Source: the human T2T-CHM13v2.0 reference genome, Homo sapiens. From it: DNA of 64,000 nt. The stretch is from NCBI RefSeq assembly GCF_009914755.1, contig NC_060939.1; one strand, written 5' to 3'. The notes beneath the pieces were generated by a model. The model worked only from the letters and a program-made list of their open reading frames with translations, was not told the origin of the DNA and searched no databases. Position numbers and translations under genes: made by a program. Positions 42,509 through 58,000 of this stretch are shown here, piece after piece (the first letter of the stretch is position 1; each line of letters begins with the position of its first letter).

Positions 42509-45500
42509 TTGAGTCCATTCAATTCCATTGCTTTCGTTTCCATTCCATTTGATGCCATTCCATTCACTTCTGTTCTACTCGACTCCAATACATTCAATTC
42601 CATTCCATCCGATTCCATTACATTCTTTTCATTTCTTATCCATTTCAAGCCATTCCATTCCATTCCATTCCACTCGTTTCCTTTCCATTCGAGTCCATTC
42701 CTCTCCAGTCCATTCCGTTCAATCCATTCCATTCCAGTCCATTCCATTCGAGTCCGTTCCATTCCAGTCCATTCCATTCGAGTCAATTCCATTCCATTCG
42801 ATGTCTTTCCATAACGATCCATTCCATTCTATTCCTTTCGATTCCATTCCGTTCTATTTCATTCCATTCGATTCCCTTCCATTGGACTCCTTTCCATTCG
42901 AGTGCATTCCATTCCGTTCCATTTCTTTCCGTTCTGTACGATTCCTACCGTTCGATTTCATTTTGTTCCAGTCCATTCCTTTCGCGTCCATTCCATTCCA
43001 TTTCACTCCATTCGATTCCATTCCATTCGATTCCATTCCACTCGATTCCACTTCGTTCCATTTCATTGCATTCCATTCTATTCAACTCTATTGCCTTCCA
43101 TTCCATTCCATTCGATTACATTCCATGCGATTCCATTCGAAATCGAATCAATTACATTGCAATCCATTACTATTGAGTCCGTTTTATTCCATTCCACTGC
43201 ATTCTGGTCCATTCCATTTGCTTCCATTCCATTCTATTCCATTCCACACAGTTGCATTCCATTGGATTCCATTCTATATCTATAAATTCAATTCGAGACC
43301 ATTGCTTTTCAGTCCATTCTATATGATTCCATTCCATTCAAGTCCATTACATTTGGTTCAATTCCATTCCATTCCATTCCCTTCCATTTCATTCCATTTG
43401 ATATCAATCCATTCGATTCCATTCCATTCGAGCACATTCCATTCGAGTCCATTCCATTCGATGCCATTCCATTTGATTCTATTCCATTAGTCTCCATTCA
43501 ATTCCATTAATCTCCATTCCATTCCATTCTACTCCAACTGATTCCATTCCATTCTATTCCTTTCCATTCCATTTCATTCCATTCCATTCCATTTCATTCC
43601 ATTCCATTCCATTCGTGTCCATTCCACTCTAGTCCATTCCATTCGTGTCCATTCCATTCCAGTCCATTCCATTTGTGTCCACTGCATTCCATTCCACTCC
43701 ATTCCATATTATTCCATTACTCTCCATTCCATTCTATTACTTTCATTTCCATTCAATTCCATTCCATTTGATTGCATTCCACTCGGTTTCATTCCATTTG
43801 AGTCCACTCCATTCCATTCCATTCCATTCCATTCAGTTCCTTTCCATTCTGTTCCAATCCATTCCATTCCATTGCATTCCATTCCATTCGGTACCATTCC
43901 ATATTGTTCCATTCGATTCCATTCGAATCCATTCCATTCCAGTCCATTCCATTCGATTCCATTCCATTCCTTTCAATTCCATTCCATTCCATTCCATTCC
44001 ACTTGATTCCACTCCATTCCCTTCCACTGCATTCCATTCGATTCCTTTCCATTGCATTGCATTCCATTCCATTGGACTGCATTCCGTTCGATTCCATTCC
44101 ATTCGAATCAATTACATAGCAATCCATTACATTCGAGTCTATTCAATTCCGTTCCATTCGATTTCGTTCCAATCCATTCGATTCCATTCCTTCAATTCCA
44201 TTCCATACTATTGCATTCCATTCTATTACATTATATTCGAATAAGTTCCATTCAAGTCCATTTCTTTTGAGTCCATTCTATTTGAGTCCATTCCCTTTGA
44301 TTCCATAACATTTGAGTCCATTCAATTCCATTCCTTTCGTTTCCATTCCATTTGATGCCATTCCATTCAATTCTGTTCTACTCGACTCCAATACATTCAA
44401 TTCCATTCCATCCGATTCCATTACATTCTTTTCATTTCTTATCCATTTCAAGCCATTCCACTCCATTCCATTCCACTCGTTTCCTTTCCATTCGAGTCCA
44501 ATCCTCTCCAGTCCATTCCGTTCAATCCATTCCATTCCAGTCCATTCCATTCGAGTCCGTTCCATTCCAGTCCATTCCATTCGAGTCAATTCCATTCCAT
44601 TCGATGTCTTTCCATAACGATCCATTCCATTCTATTCCTTTCGATTCCATTCCATTCTATTTCATTCCATTCGATTCCCTTCCATTGGACTCCTTTCCAT
44701 TCGAGTGCATTCCATTCCGTTCCATTTCTTTCCGTTCTGTACGATTCCTACCGTTCGATTTCATTTTGTTCCAGTCCATTCCTTTCGCGTCCATTCCATG
44801 CCATTTCACTCCATTCGATTCCATTCCACTCGATTCCACTTCGTTCCATTTCATTGCATTCCATTCTATTCAACTCTATTGCCTTCCATTCCATTCCATT
44901 CGATTACATTCCATGCGATTCCATTCGAAATCGAATCAATTACATTGCAATCCATTACTATTGAGTCCGTTTTATTCCAGTCCACTGCATTCTGGTCCAT
45001 TCCATTTGATTCCATTCCATTCTATTCCATTCCATACAGTTGCATTCCATTGGATTCCATTCTATATCTATAAATTCAATTCGAGACCATTGCTTTTGAG
45101 TCCATTCTATATGATTCCATTCCATTCAAGTCCATTACATTTGGTTCAATTCCATTCCATTCCATTCCCTTCCATTCCATTCCATTTGATATCAGTCCAT
45201 TCGATTCCATTCCATTCGAGCACATTCCATTCGAGTCCATTCCATTCGATGCCATTCCATTTGATTCTATTCCATTAGTCTCCATTCAATTCCATTAATC
45301 TCCATTCCATTCCATTCTACTCCAACTGATTCCATTCCATTCTATTCCTTTCCATTCCATTTCATTCCATTGCATTCCATTCCATTCCATTCCATTCCAT
45401 TCCATTCGTGTCCATTCCACTCCAGTCCATTCCATTCGTGTCCATTCCATTCCAGTCCATTCCATTTGTGTCCACTGCATTCCATTCCTCTCCATTCCAT

Positions 45501-47839
45501 ATTATTCCATTACACTCCATTCCATTCTTTTACTTTCATTTCCATTCAATTCCATTCCCTTTGATTCCATTCCACTCGGTTTCATTCCATTTGAGTCCAT
45601 TCCATTCCATTCCATTCCATTCCATTCCATTCCATTCCTTTCCATTCAGTTCCATTCCATTTTGTTCCATTTCATTCCATTCCATTCCATTCCATTCGGT
45701 AGCATTCCATATTGTTCCATTCGATTCCATTCGAATCCATTCCATTCCAGTCCATTCCATTCGATTCCATTCCATTCCTTTCAATACCATTCCATTCCAC
45801 TTAATTCCGCTCCATTCCCTTCCACTGCATTCCATTCGAATCCATTCAATTGCATTGCATTCCATTCCATTGGATTGCATTCCATTCGATTCCATTCCAT
45901 TCGAATCAATTACATAGCAATCCATTACATTCGAGTCTATTCTATTCCGTTCCATTCGATTTCTTTCCAATGCATTCGATTCCATTCCATTCGATTCCTT
46001 TCCATACTATTGCATTCCATTCGATTAAATTATATTCGAATAAGTTCCATTCCAGACCATTTCTTTTGAGTCCATTCTATTTGAGTCCATTCCCTTTGAT
46101 TCCATAACATTTGAGTCCATTCAATTCCATTCCTTTCGTTTCCATTCCATTTGATGCCATTGCATTCAGTTCTGTTCTACTCGACTCCAATACATTCAAT
46201 TCCATTCTATCCGATTCCAATACATTCTTTTCATTTCGTATCCATTTCAAGCGATTCCATTCCATTCCATTCCACTCGTTTCCTTTCCATTCGAGTCCAT
46301 TCCGCTCCAGTCCATTCCTTTCAATCCATTCCATTCCAGTCCATTCCATTCGAGTCCGTTCCATTCCAGTCCATTCCATTCGAGTCAATTCCATTCCATT
46401 CGATGTCTTTCCGTAACGATCCATTCCATTCTATTCCTTTCGATTCCATTCCATTCTATTTCATTCCATTCGATTCCCTTCCATTGGACTCCTTTCCATT
46501 CGAGTGCATTCCATTCCGTTCCATTTCTTTCCGTTCTGTACGATTCCTACCGTTCGATTTCATTTTGTTCCAGTCCATTCCTTTCGCGTCCATTCCATTC
46601 CATTTCACTCCATTCGATTCCATTCCACTCGACTCAACTTCGTTCCATTTCATGCCATTCCATTCTATTCAACTCTATTGCCTTCCATTCCATTCCATTC
46701 GATTACATTCCATGCGATTCCATTCGAAATCGAATCAATTACATTGCAATCCATTACTATTGAGTCCGTTTTATTCCAGTCCACTGCATTCTGGTCCATT
46801 CCATTTGATTCCATTCCATTCTATTCCATTCCATACAGTTGCATTCCATTGGATTCCATTCTATATCTATAAATTCAATTCGAGACCATTGCTTTTGAGT
46901 CCATTCTATATGATTCCATTCCATTCAAGTCCATTACATTTGGTTCAATTCCATTCCATTCCATTCCCTTCCATTCCATTCCATTTGATATCAATCCATT
47001 CGATTCCATTCCATTCGAACACATTCCATTCGAGTCCATTCCATTCGATGCCATTCCATTTGCTTCTATTCCATTAGTCTCCATTCAATTCCATTAATCT
47101 CAATTCCATTCCATTCTACTCCAACTGATTCCATTCCATTCTATTCCTTTCCATTCCATTTCATTCCATTCCATTCCATTCGCTTCCATTCCATTCGTGT
47201 CCATTCCACTCCAGTCCATTCCATTCGTGTCCATTCCATGCCAGTCCATTCCATTTGTGTCTACTGCATTCCATTCCACTCCATTCCATATTATTCCATT
47301 ACACTCCATTCCATTCTATTACTTTCATTTCCATTGAATTCCATTCCATTTGATTCCATTCCACTCGGTTTCATTCCATTTGAGTCCATTCCATTCCATT
47401 CCATTAAATTCCATTCGGTACCATTCCATATTGTTCCATTCGATTCCATTCGAATCCATTCCATTCCAGTCCATTCCATTCGATTCCATTCCATTCCTTT
47501 CAATTCCATTCCATTCCATTCCATTCCACTTAATTCCACTCCATTCCCTTCCACTGCATTCCATTCGAATCCATTCAATTGCATTGCATTCCATTCCATT
47601 GGATTGCATTCCATTCGATTCCATTCCATTCGAATCAATTACATAGCAATCCATTACATTCGAGTCTATTCTATTCCGTTCTATTCGATTTCTTTCCAAT
47701 GCATTCGATTCCATTCCATTCGATTCCTTTCCATACTATTGCATTCCATTCGATTAAATTATATTCGAATAAGTTCCATTCAAGACCATTTCTTTTGAGT
47801 CCATTCTATTTGAGTCCATTCCCTTTGATTCCATAACAT

Positions 47840-48719
47840 TTGAGTCCATTCAATTCCATTCCTTTCGTTTCCATTCCATTTGATGCCATTGCATTCAGTT
47901 CTGTTCTACTCGACTCCAATACATTCAATTCCATTCTATCCGATTCCAATACATTCTTTTCATTTCGTATGCATTTCAAGCCATTCCATTCCATTCCATT
48001 CCACTCGTTTCCTTTCCATTCGAGTCCATTCCACTCCAGTCCATTCCATTCGTGTCCATTCCAGTCCAGTCCATTCCATTTGTGTCCACTGCATTCCATT
48101 CCACTCCATTCCATATTATTCCATTACACTCCATTCCATTCTATTACTTTCATTTCCATTCAATTCCATTCCATTTGATTCCATTCCACTCGGTTTCATT
48201 CCATTTGAGTCCACTCCATTCCATTCCATTCCATTCAGTTCCATTCCATTCTGTTCCATTCCATTCCGTTCCATTACATTCCATTCCATTCGGTACCATT
48301 CCATATTGTTCCATTCGATTCCATTCGAATCCATTCCATTCCAGTCCATTCCATTCGATTCCATTCCATTCATTTCAATTCCATTCCATTCCATTCCATT
48401 ACATTCCACTTGATTCCTCTCCATTCCCTTCCACTGCATTCCGTTCGATTCCATTCCATTGCATTGCATTCCATTCCATTGGATTGCATTCCATTCGATT
48501 CCATTCCATTCGAATCAATTACATAGCAATCCATTACATTCGAGTCTATTCTATTCCGTTCCATTCGATTTCATTCCAATCCATTCGATTCCATTCCATT
48601 CGATTCCATTCCATACTATTGCATTCCATTCGATTACATTATATTCGAATAAGTTCCATTCAAGACCATTTCTTTTGAGTCCATTCTATTTGAGTCCATT
48701 CCCTTTGATTCCATAACAT
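47840..48719 (+). repeat. Truncated 880-bp half unit of the 1.8 kb repeat
   Basis: The landmark spacing is 880 bp. At ~48020-48055 the sequence jumps from cgtttcctttccattcgagtcc straight to the cgtgtcc...tgtgtccactg block, skipping about 0.9 kb. Confidence 0.88.
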
Positions 48720-51700
48720 TTGAGTCCATTCAATTCCATTCCTTTCGTTTCCATTCCATTTGATGCCATTCCATTCAATTCTGTTCTACTCGACTCCAAT
48801 ACATTCAATTCCATTCCATCCGATTCCATTACATTCTTTTCATTTCTTATCCATTTCAAGCCATTCCACTCCATTCCATTCCACTCGTTTCCTTTCCATT
48901 CGAGTCCATTCCTCTCCAGTCCATTCCGTTCAATCCATTCCATTCCAGTCCATTCCATTCGAGTCCGTTCCATTCCAGTCCATTCCATTCGAGTCAATTC
49001 CATTCCATTCGATGTCTTTCCATAACGATCCATTCCATTCTATTCCTTTCGATTGCATTCCATTCTATTTCATTCCATTCGATTCCCTTCCATTGGACTC
49101 CTTTCCATTCGAGTGCATTCCATTCCGTTCCATTTCTTTCCGTTCTCTACGATTCCTACCGTTCGATTTCATTTTGTTCCAGTCCATTCCTTTCGCGTCC
49201 ATTCCATTCCATTTCACTCCATTCGATTCCATTCCACTCGATTCCACTTCGTTCCATTTCATTGCATTCCATTCTATTCAACTCTATTGCCTTCCATTCC
49301 ATTCCATTCGATTACATTCCATGCGATTCCATTCGAAATCGAATCAATTACATTGCAATCCATTACTATTGAGTCCGTTTTATTCCAGTCCACTGCATTC
49401 TGGTCCACTCCATTTGATTCCATTCCATTCTATTCCATTCCATACAGTTGCATTCCATTGGATTCCATGCTATATCTATAAATTCAATTCGAGACCATTG
49501 CTTTTGAGTCCATTCTATATGATTCCATTCCATTCAAGTCCATTACATTTGGTTCAATTCCATTCCATTCCATTCCCTTCCATTCCATTCCATTTGATAT
49601 CAATCCATTCGATTCCATTCCATTCGAGCACATTCCATTCGAGTCCATTCCATTCGATGCCATTCCATTTGATTCTATTCCATTAGTCTCCATTCAATTC
49701 CATTAATCTCCATTCCATTGCATTCTACTCCAACTGATTCCATTCCATTCTATTCCTTTCCATTCCATTTCATTCCATTCCATTCCATTTCATTCCATTC
49801 CATTCCATTCGTGTCCATTCTTCTCCAGTCCATTCCATTCGTGTCCATTCCATTCCAGTCCATTCCATTTGTGTCCACTGCATTCCATTCCACTCCATTC
49901 CATATTATTCCATTACACTCCATTCCATTCTATTACTTTCATTTCCATTCAATTCCATTCCATTTGATTCCATTCCACTCGGTTTCATTCCATTTGAGTC
50001 CACTCCATTCCATTCCATTCCATTCCATTCAGTTCCATTCCATTCTGTTCCATTCCATTCCGTTCCATTCCATTCCATTCCATTCGGTACCATTCCATAT
50101 TGTTCCATTCGATTCCATTCGAATCCATTCCATTCCAGTCCATTCCATTCGATTCCATTCCATTCATTTCAATTCCATTCCATTCCATTCCATTCCACTT
50201 GACTCCTCTACATTCCCTTCCACTGCATTCCGTTCGATTCCATTCCATTACATTGCATTCCATTCCATTGGATTGCATTCCATTCGATTGCATTCCATTC
50301 GAATCAATTCCATAGCAATCCATTACATTCGAGTCTATTCTATTCCGTTCCATTCGATTTCGTTCCAATCCATTCGATTCCATTCCATTCGATTCCATTC
50401 CATACTATTGCATTCCATTCGATTACATTATATTCGAATAAGTTCCATTCAAGACCATTTCTTTTGAGTCCATTCTATTTGAGTCCATTCCCTTTGATTC
50501 CATAACATTTGAGTCCATTCAATTCCATTCCTTTCGTTTCCATTCCATTTGATGCCATTCCATTCAATTCTGTTCTACTCGACTCCTATACATTCAATTC
50601 CATTCCATCCGATTCCATTACATTCTTTTCATCTCTTATCCATTTCAAGCCATTTCATTCCATTCCATTCCACTCGTTTCCTTTCCAGTCGAGTCCATTC
50701 CTCTCCAGTCCATTCCGTTCAATCCATTCCATTCCAGTCCATTCCATTCGAGTCCGTTCCATTCCAGTCCATTCCATTCGAGTCAATTCCATTCCATTCG
50801 ATGTCTTTCCATAACGATCCATTCCATTCTATTCCTTTCGAGTCCTTTCCGTTCTATTTCATTCCATTCGATTACCTTCCATTCGACTCCTTTCCATTCG
50901 AGTGCATTCCATTCCGTTCCATTTCTTTCCGTTCTGAACGATTCCTACCGTTCGATTTCATTTTGTTCCAGTCCATTCCTTTCGCGTCCATTCATTCCAT
51001 TTCACTCCATTCGATTCCATTCCATCGATTCCATTCCACTCGATTCCACTTCGTTCCATTTCATTGCATTCCATTCTATTCAACTCTATTGCCTTCCATT
51101 CCATTCCATTCGATTACATTCCATGCGATTCCATTCGAAATCGAATCAATTACATTGCAATCCATTACTATTGAGTCCGTTTTATTCCAGTCCACTGCAT
51201 TCTGTTCCATTCCATTTGATTCCATTCCATTCTATTCCATTCCATACAGTTGCATTCCATTGGATTCCATTCTATATCTATAAATTCAATTCGAGACCAT
51301 TGCTTTTGAGTCCATTCTATATGATTCCATTCCATTCAAGTCCATTACATTTGGTTCAATTCCATTCCATTCCATTCCCTTCCATTCCATTCCAATTGAT
51401 ATCAATCCATTCGATTCCATTCCATTCGAGCACATTCCATTCCAGTCCATTCCATTCGATGCCATTCCATTTGATTCTATTCCATTAGTCTCCATTCAAT
51501 TCCATTAATCTCCATTCCATTCCATTCTACTCCAACTGATTCCATTCCATTCTATTCCTTTCCATTCCATTTCATTCCATTCCATTCCATTTCATTCCAT
51601 TCCATTCCATTCGTGTCCATTTCACTCCAGTCCATTCCATTCGTGTCCATTCCATTCCAGTCCATTCCATTTGTGTCCACTGCATTCCATTTCAGTCCAT

Positions 51701-54700
51701 TCCATATTATTCCATTACACTCCATTCCATTCTATTACTTTCATTTCCATTCAATTCCATTCCATTTGATTCCATTCCACTCGGTTTCATTCCATTTGAG
51801 TCCACTCCATTCCATTCCATTCCATTCCATTCAGTTCCATTCCATTCTGTTCTATTCCATTCCGTTCCATTACATTCCATTCCATTCGGTACCATTCCAT
51901 ATTGTTCCATTCGATTCCATTCGAATCCGTACCATTCCAGTCCATTCCATTCGATTCCATTCCATTCATTTCAATTCCATTCCATTCCATTCCATTACAT
52001 TCCACTTGATTCCTCTCCATTCCCTTCCACTGCATTCCGTTCGATTCCATTCCATTGCATTGCATTCCATTCCATTGGATTGCATTCCAGTCGATTCCAT
52101 TCCATTCGAATCAATTACATAGCAATCCATTACATTCGAGTCTATTCTATTCCGTTCCATTCGATTTCGTTCCAATCCATTCGATTCCATTCCATTCGAT
52201 TCCATTCCATACTATTGCATTCCATTCTATTACATTATATTCGAATAAGTTCCATTCAAGACCATTTCTTTTGAGTCCATTCTATTTGAGTCCATTCCCT
52301 TTGATTCCATAACATTTGAGTCCATTCAATTCCATTCCTTTCGTTTCCATTCCATTTGATGCCATTCCATTCAATTCTGTTCTACTCGACTCCAATACAT
52401 TCAATTCCATTCCATCCGATTCCATTACATTCTTTTCATTTCTTATCCATTTCAAGCCATTCCACTCCATTCCATTCCACTCGTTTCCTTTCCATTCGAG
52501 TCCATTCCTCTCCAGTCCATTCCGTTCAATCCATTCCATTCCAGTCCATTCCATTCGAGTCCGTTCCATTCCAGTCCATTCCATTCGAGTCAATTCCATT
52601 CCATTCGATGTCTTTCCATAACGATCCATTCCATTCTATTCCTTTCGATTCCATTCCATTCTATTTCATTCCATTCGATTCCCTTCCATTGGACTCCTTT
52701 CCATTCGAGTGCATTCCATTCCTTTCCATTTCTTTCCGTTCTGTACGATTCCTACCGTTCGATTTCATTTTGTTCCAGTCCATTCCTTTCGCGTCCATTC
52801 CATTCCATTTCACTCCATTCGATTCCATTCCACTCGATTCCACTTCGTTCCATTTCATTGCATTCCATTCTATTCAACTCTATTGCCTTCCATTCCATTC
52901 CATTCGATTACATTCCATGCGATTCCATTCGAAATCGAATCAATTACATTGCAATCCATTACTATTGAGTCCGTTTTATTCCAGTCCACTGCATTCTGGT
53001 CCATTCCATTTGATTCCATTCCATTCTATTCCATTCCACACAGTTGCATTCCATTGGATTCCATGCTATATCTATAAATTCAATTCGAGACCATTGCTTT
53101 TGAGTCCATTCTATATGATTCCATTCCATTCAAGTCCATTACATTTGGTTCAATTCCATTCCATTCCATTCCCTTCCATTCCATTCCATTTGATATCAAT
53201 CCATTCGATTCCATTCCATTCGAGCACATTCCATTCGAGTCCATTCCATTCGATGCCATTCCATTTGATTCTATTCCATTAGTCTCCATTCAATTCCATT
53301 AATCTCCATTCAATTCCATTCTACTCCAACTGATTCCATTCCTTTCTATTCCTTTCCATTCCATTTCATTCCATTCTATTCCATTTCATTCCATTCCATT
53401 CCATTTCATTCCATTCCATTCCATTCGTGTCCATTCCACTCCAGTCCATTCCATTCGTGTCCATTCCATTCCAGTCCATTCCATTTGTGTCCACTGCATT
53501 CCATTCCACTCCATTCCATATTATTCCATTACACTCCATTCCATTCTATTACTTTCATTTCCATTCAATTCCATTCCATTTGATTCCATTCCACTCGGTT
53601 TCATTCCATTTGAGTCCACTCCATTCCATTCCATTCCATTCCATTCAGTTCCATTCCATTCTGTTCCATTCCATTCCGTTCCATTACATTCCATTCCATT
53701 CGGTACCATTCCATATTGTTCCATTCGATTCCATTCGAATCCATTCCATTCCAGTCCATTCCATTCGATTCCATTCCATTCATTTCAATTCCATTCCATT
53801 CCATTCCATTCCACTTGACTCCTCTACATTCCCTTCCACTGCATTCCGTTCGATTCCATTCCATTACATTGCATTCCATTCCATTGGATTGCATTCCATT
53901 CGATTGCATTCCATTCGAATCAATTCCATAGCAATCCATTACATTCGAGTCTATTCTATTCCGTTCCATTCGATTTCGTTCCAATCCATTCGATTCCATT
54001 CCATTCGATTCCATTCCATACTATTGCATTCCATTCTATTACATTATATTCGAATAAGTTCCATTCAAGACCATTTCTTTTGAGTCCATTCTATTTGAGT
54101 CCATTCCCTTTGATTCCATAACATTTGAGTCCATTCAATTCCATTCCTTTCGTTTCCATTCCATTTGATGCCATTCCATTCAATTCTGTTCTACTCGACT
54201 CCAATACATTCAATTCCATTCCATCCGATTCCATTACATTCTTTTCATTTCTTATCCATTTCAAGCCATTTCATTCCATTCCATTCCACTCGTTTAATTT
54301 CCATTCGAGTCCATTCCTCTCCAGTCCCTTCCGTTCAATCCATTCCATTCCAGTCCATTCCATTCGAGTCCGTTCCATTCCAGTCCATTCCATTCGAGTC
54401 AATTCCATTCCATTCGATGTCTTTCCATAACGATCCATTCCATTCTATTCCTTTCGAGTCCTTTCCGTTCTATTTCATTCCATTCGATTACCTTCCATTG
54501 GACTCCTTTCCATTCGAGTGCATTCCATTCCGTTCCATTTCTTTCCGTTATGAACGATTCCTACCGTTCGATTTCATTTTGTTCCAGTCCATTCCTTTCG
54601 CGTCCATTCATTCCATTTCACTCCATTCGATTCCATTCCATCGATTCCATTCCACTCGATTCCACTTCGTTCCATTTCATTGCATTCCATTCTATTCAAC

Positions 54701-55000
54701 TCTATTGCCTTCCATTCCATTCCATTCGATTACATTCCATGCGATTCCATTCGAAATCGAATCAATTACATTGCAATCCATTACTATTGAGTCCGTTTTA
54801 TTCCAGTCCACTGCACTCTGGTCCATTCCATTTGATTCCATTCCATTCTATTCCATTCCATACAGTTGCATTCCATTGGATTCCATTCTATATCTATAAA
54901 TTCAATTCGAGACCATTGCTTTTGAGTCCATTCTATATGATTCCATTCCATTCAAGTCCATTACATTTGGTTCAATTCCATTCCATTCCATTCCCTTCCA
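48300..55000 (+). repeat. Dimeric (~3.6 kb period) duplication of two 1.8 kb units
   Basis: Offsets are 3,596-3,616 bp (48760/52356, 50549/54165). Alternating variants include ccatgctatatc, gactcctctacatt, gagtcctttccgttc and the ttccatcgatt deletion. Confidence 0.82.
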
Positions 55001-58000
55001 TTCCATTCCAATTGATATCAATCCATTCGATTCTATTCCATTCGAGCACATTCCATTCAAGTCCATTCCATTCGATGCCATTCCATTTGATTCTATTCCA
55101 TTAGTCTCCATTCAATTCCATTAATCTCCATTCCATTCCATTCTACTCCAACTGATTCCATTCCATTCTATTCCTTTCCATTCCATTTCATTCCATTCCA
55201 TTCCATTTCATTCCATTCCATTCCATTTGCTTCCATTCCATTCGTGTCCATTCCACTCCAGTCCATTCCATTCATATCCATTCCATTTCAGTCCATTCCA
55301 TTTGTGTCCACTGCATTCCATTCCACTCCATTCCATATTATTCCATTACACTCCATTCCATTCTATTACTTTCATTTCCATTCAATTCCATTCCATTTGA
55401 TTCCATTCCACTCGGTTTCATTCCATTTGGGTCCACTCCATTCCATTCCATTCCATTCCATTCAGTTCCATTCCATTCTGTTCCAATCCATTCCATTCCA
55501 TTTCATTCCATTCCATTCGGTACCATTCCATATTGTTCCATTCGATTCCATTCGAATCCATTCCATTCCAGTACATTCCATTCGATTCCATTCCATTCCT
55601 TTCCATTCCATTCCATTCCATTCCGTTCCATTCCATTCCACTTGATTCCACTCCATTCCCTTCCACTGCATTCCATTCGATTCCATTCCATTGTATTGCA
55701 TTCCATTCCATTGGATTTCATTCCATTCGATTCTATTGCATTCGAATCAATTACATAGCCGTCCATTACATTCGAGTCTATTCTATTCCGTTCCATTCGA
55801 TTTCGTTCCAATCCATTCGATTCCATTCCATTCGATTCCATTCCATACTATTGCATTCCATTCTATTACATTATATTCGAATAAGTTCCATTCAAGACCA
55901 TTTGTTTTGAGTCCATTCTATTTGAGTCCATTCCCTTTGATTCCATAACATTTGAGTCCATTCAATTCCATTCCTTTCGTTTCCATTCCATTTGATGCCA
56001 TTCCATTCAATTCCGTTCTACTCGACTCCAATACATTCAATTCCATTCCATCCGATTCCATAACATTCTTTTCATTTCTTCTCCATTTCAAGCCATTCCA
56101 CTCCATTCCATTCCACTCGTTTCCTTTCCATTCGAGTCCATTCCTCTCCAGTCCATTCTGTTCAATCCATTCCATTCCAGTCCATTCCATTCGAGTCCGT
56201 TCCATTCCAGTCCATTCCATTCGAGTCAATTTCATCCCATTCGATATCTTTCCATAACGATCCATTCCATTCCATTCCTTTCGATTCCATTCCATTCTAT
56301 TTCATTCCATTCGATTCCCTTCCTTTGGACTCCTTTCCATTCGAGTGCATTCCATTCCTTTCCATTTCTTTCCGTTCTGTACGATTCCTACCGTTTGATT
56401 TCATTTTGTTCCTGTCCATTCCTTTCACGTCCATTCCATTCCATTTCACTCCATTCGATTCCATTCCACTCGATTCCACTTCGTTCCATTTCATTGCATT
56501 CCATTCTATTCAACTCTATTGCCTTCCATTGCATTCCATTCGATTACATTCCATGCGATTCCATTCGAAATCGAATCAATTACATTGCAATCCATTACTA
56601 TTGAGTCCGTTTTATTCCAGTCCACTGCATTCTGGTCCATTCCGTTTGATTCCATTCCATTCTATTCCATTTCATACAGTTGCATTCCATTGGATTCCAT
56701 TCTATATCTGTAAATTCAATTCGAGACCATTGCTTTTGAGTCCATTCTATATGATTCCATTCCATTCAAGTCCATTTCATTTGGTTCAATTCCATTCCAT
56801 TCCATTCCCTTCCATTCCATTCCAATTGATATCAATCCATTCGATTCCATTCCATTCGAGCACATTCCATTCGAGTCCATTCCATTCGATGCCATTCCAT
56901 TTGATTCTATTCCATTAGTCTAAATTCAATTCCATTAATCTCCATTCCATTCCATTCTACTCCAACTGATTCCATTCCATTCTATTCCTTTCCATTCCAT
57001 TTCATTCCATTCCATTCCATTTCATTCCATTCCATTCCATTCGTGTCCATTCCACTCCAGTCCATTCCATTCGTGTCCATTCCATTCCAGTCCATTCCAT
57101 TTGTGTCCACTGCATTCCATTCCAGTCCATTCCATATTATTCCATTACACTCCATTCCATTCTATTACTTTCATTTCCTTTCAATTCCATTTCATTTGAT
57201 CCCATTCCACTCGGTTTCATTCCATTTGAGTCCACTCCATTCCATTCCATTCCATTCCATTCAGTTCCATTCCATTCTGTTCTAATCCATTCCATTCCAT
57301 TGCATTCCATTCCATTCGGTACCATTCCATATTGTTCCACTCGATTCCATTCGAATCCATTCCATTCCAGTCCATTCCATTCGATTCCATTCCATTCCTA
57401 TCAATTCCATTCCATTCCGTTCCATTCCACTTGATTCCACTCCATTCCCTTCCACTGCATTCCATTCGATTCCTTTCCATTGCATTGCATTCCATTCCAT
57501 TGGACTGCATTCCGTTCGATTCCATTCCATTCGAATCAATTACATAGCAATCCATTACATTCGAGTCTATTCTATTCCGTTCCATTCGATTTCATTCCAA
57601 TCCATTCGATTCCATTCCATTCGATTCCATTCCATACTATTGCCTTCCATTCTATTACATTATATTCGAATAAGTTCCATTCAAGACCATTTCTTTTGAG
57701 TCCATTCTATTTGAGTCCATTCCCTTTGATTCCATAACATTTGAGTCCATTCAATTCCATTCCTTTCGTTTCCATTCCATTTGATGCCATTCCATTCAAT
57801 TCTGTTCTACTCGACTCCAATACATTCAATCCCATTCCATCCGATTCCATTACATTCTTTTCATTTCTTATCCATTTCAAGCCATTCCACTCCATTCCAT
57901 TCCACTCGTTTCCTTTCCATTCGAGTCCATTCCTCTCCAGTCCATTCCGTTCAATCCATTCCATTCCAGTCCATTCCATTCGAGTCCGTTCCATTCCAGT

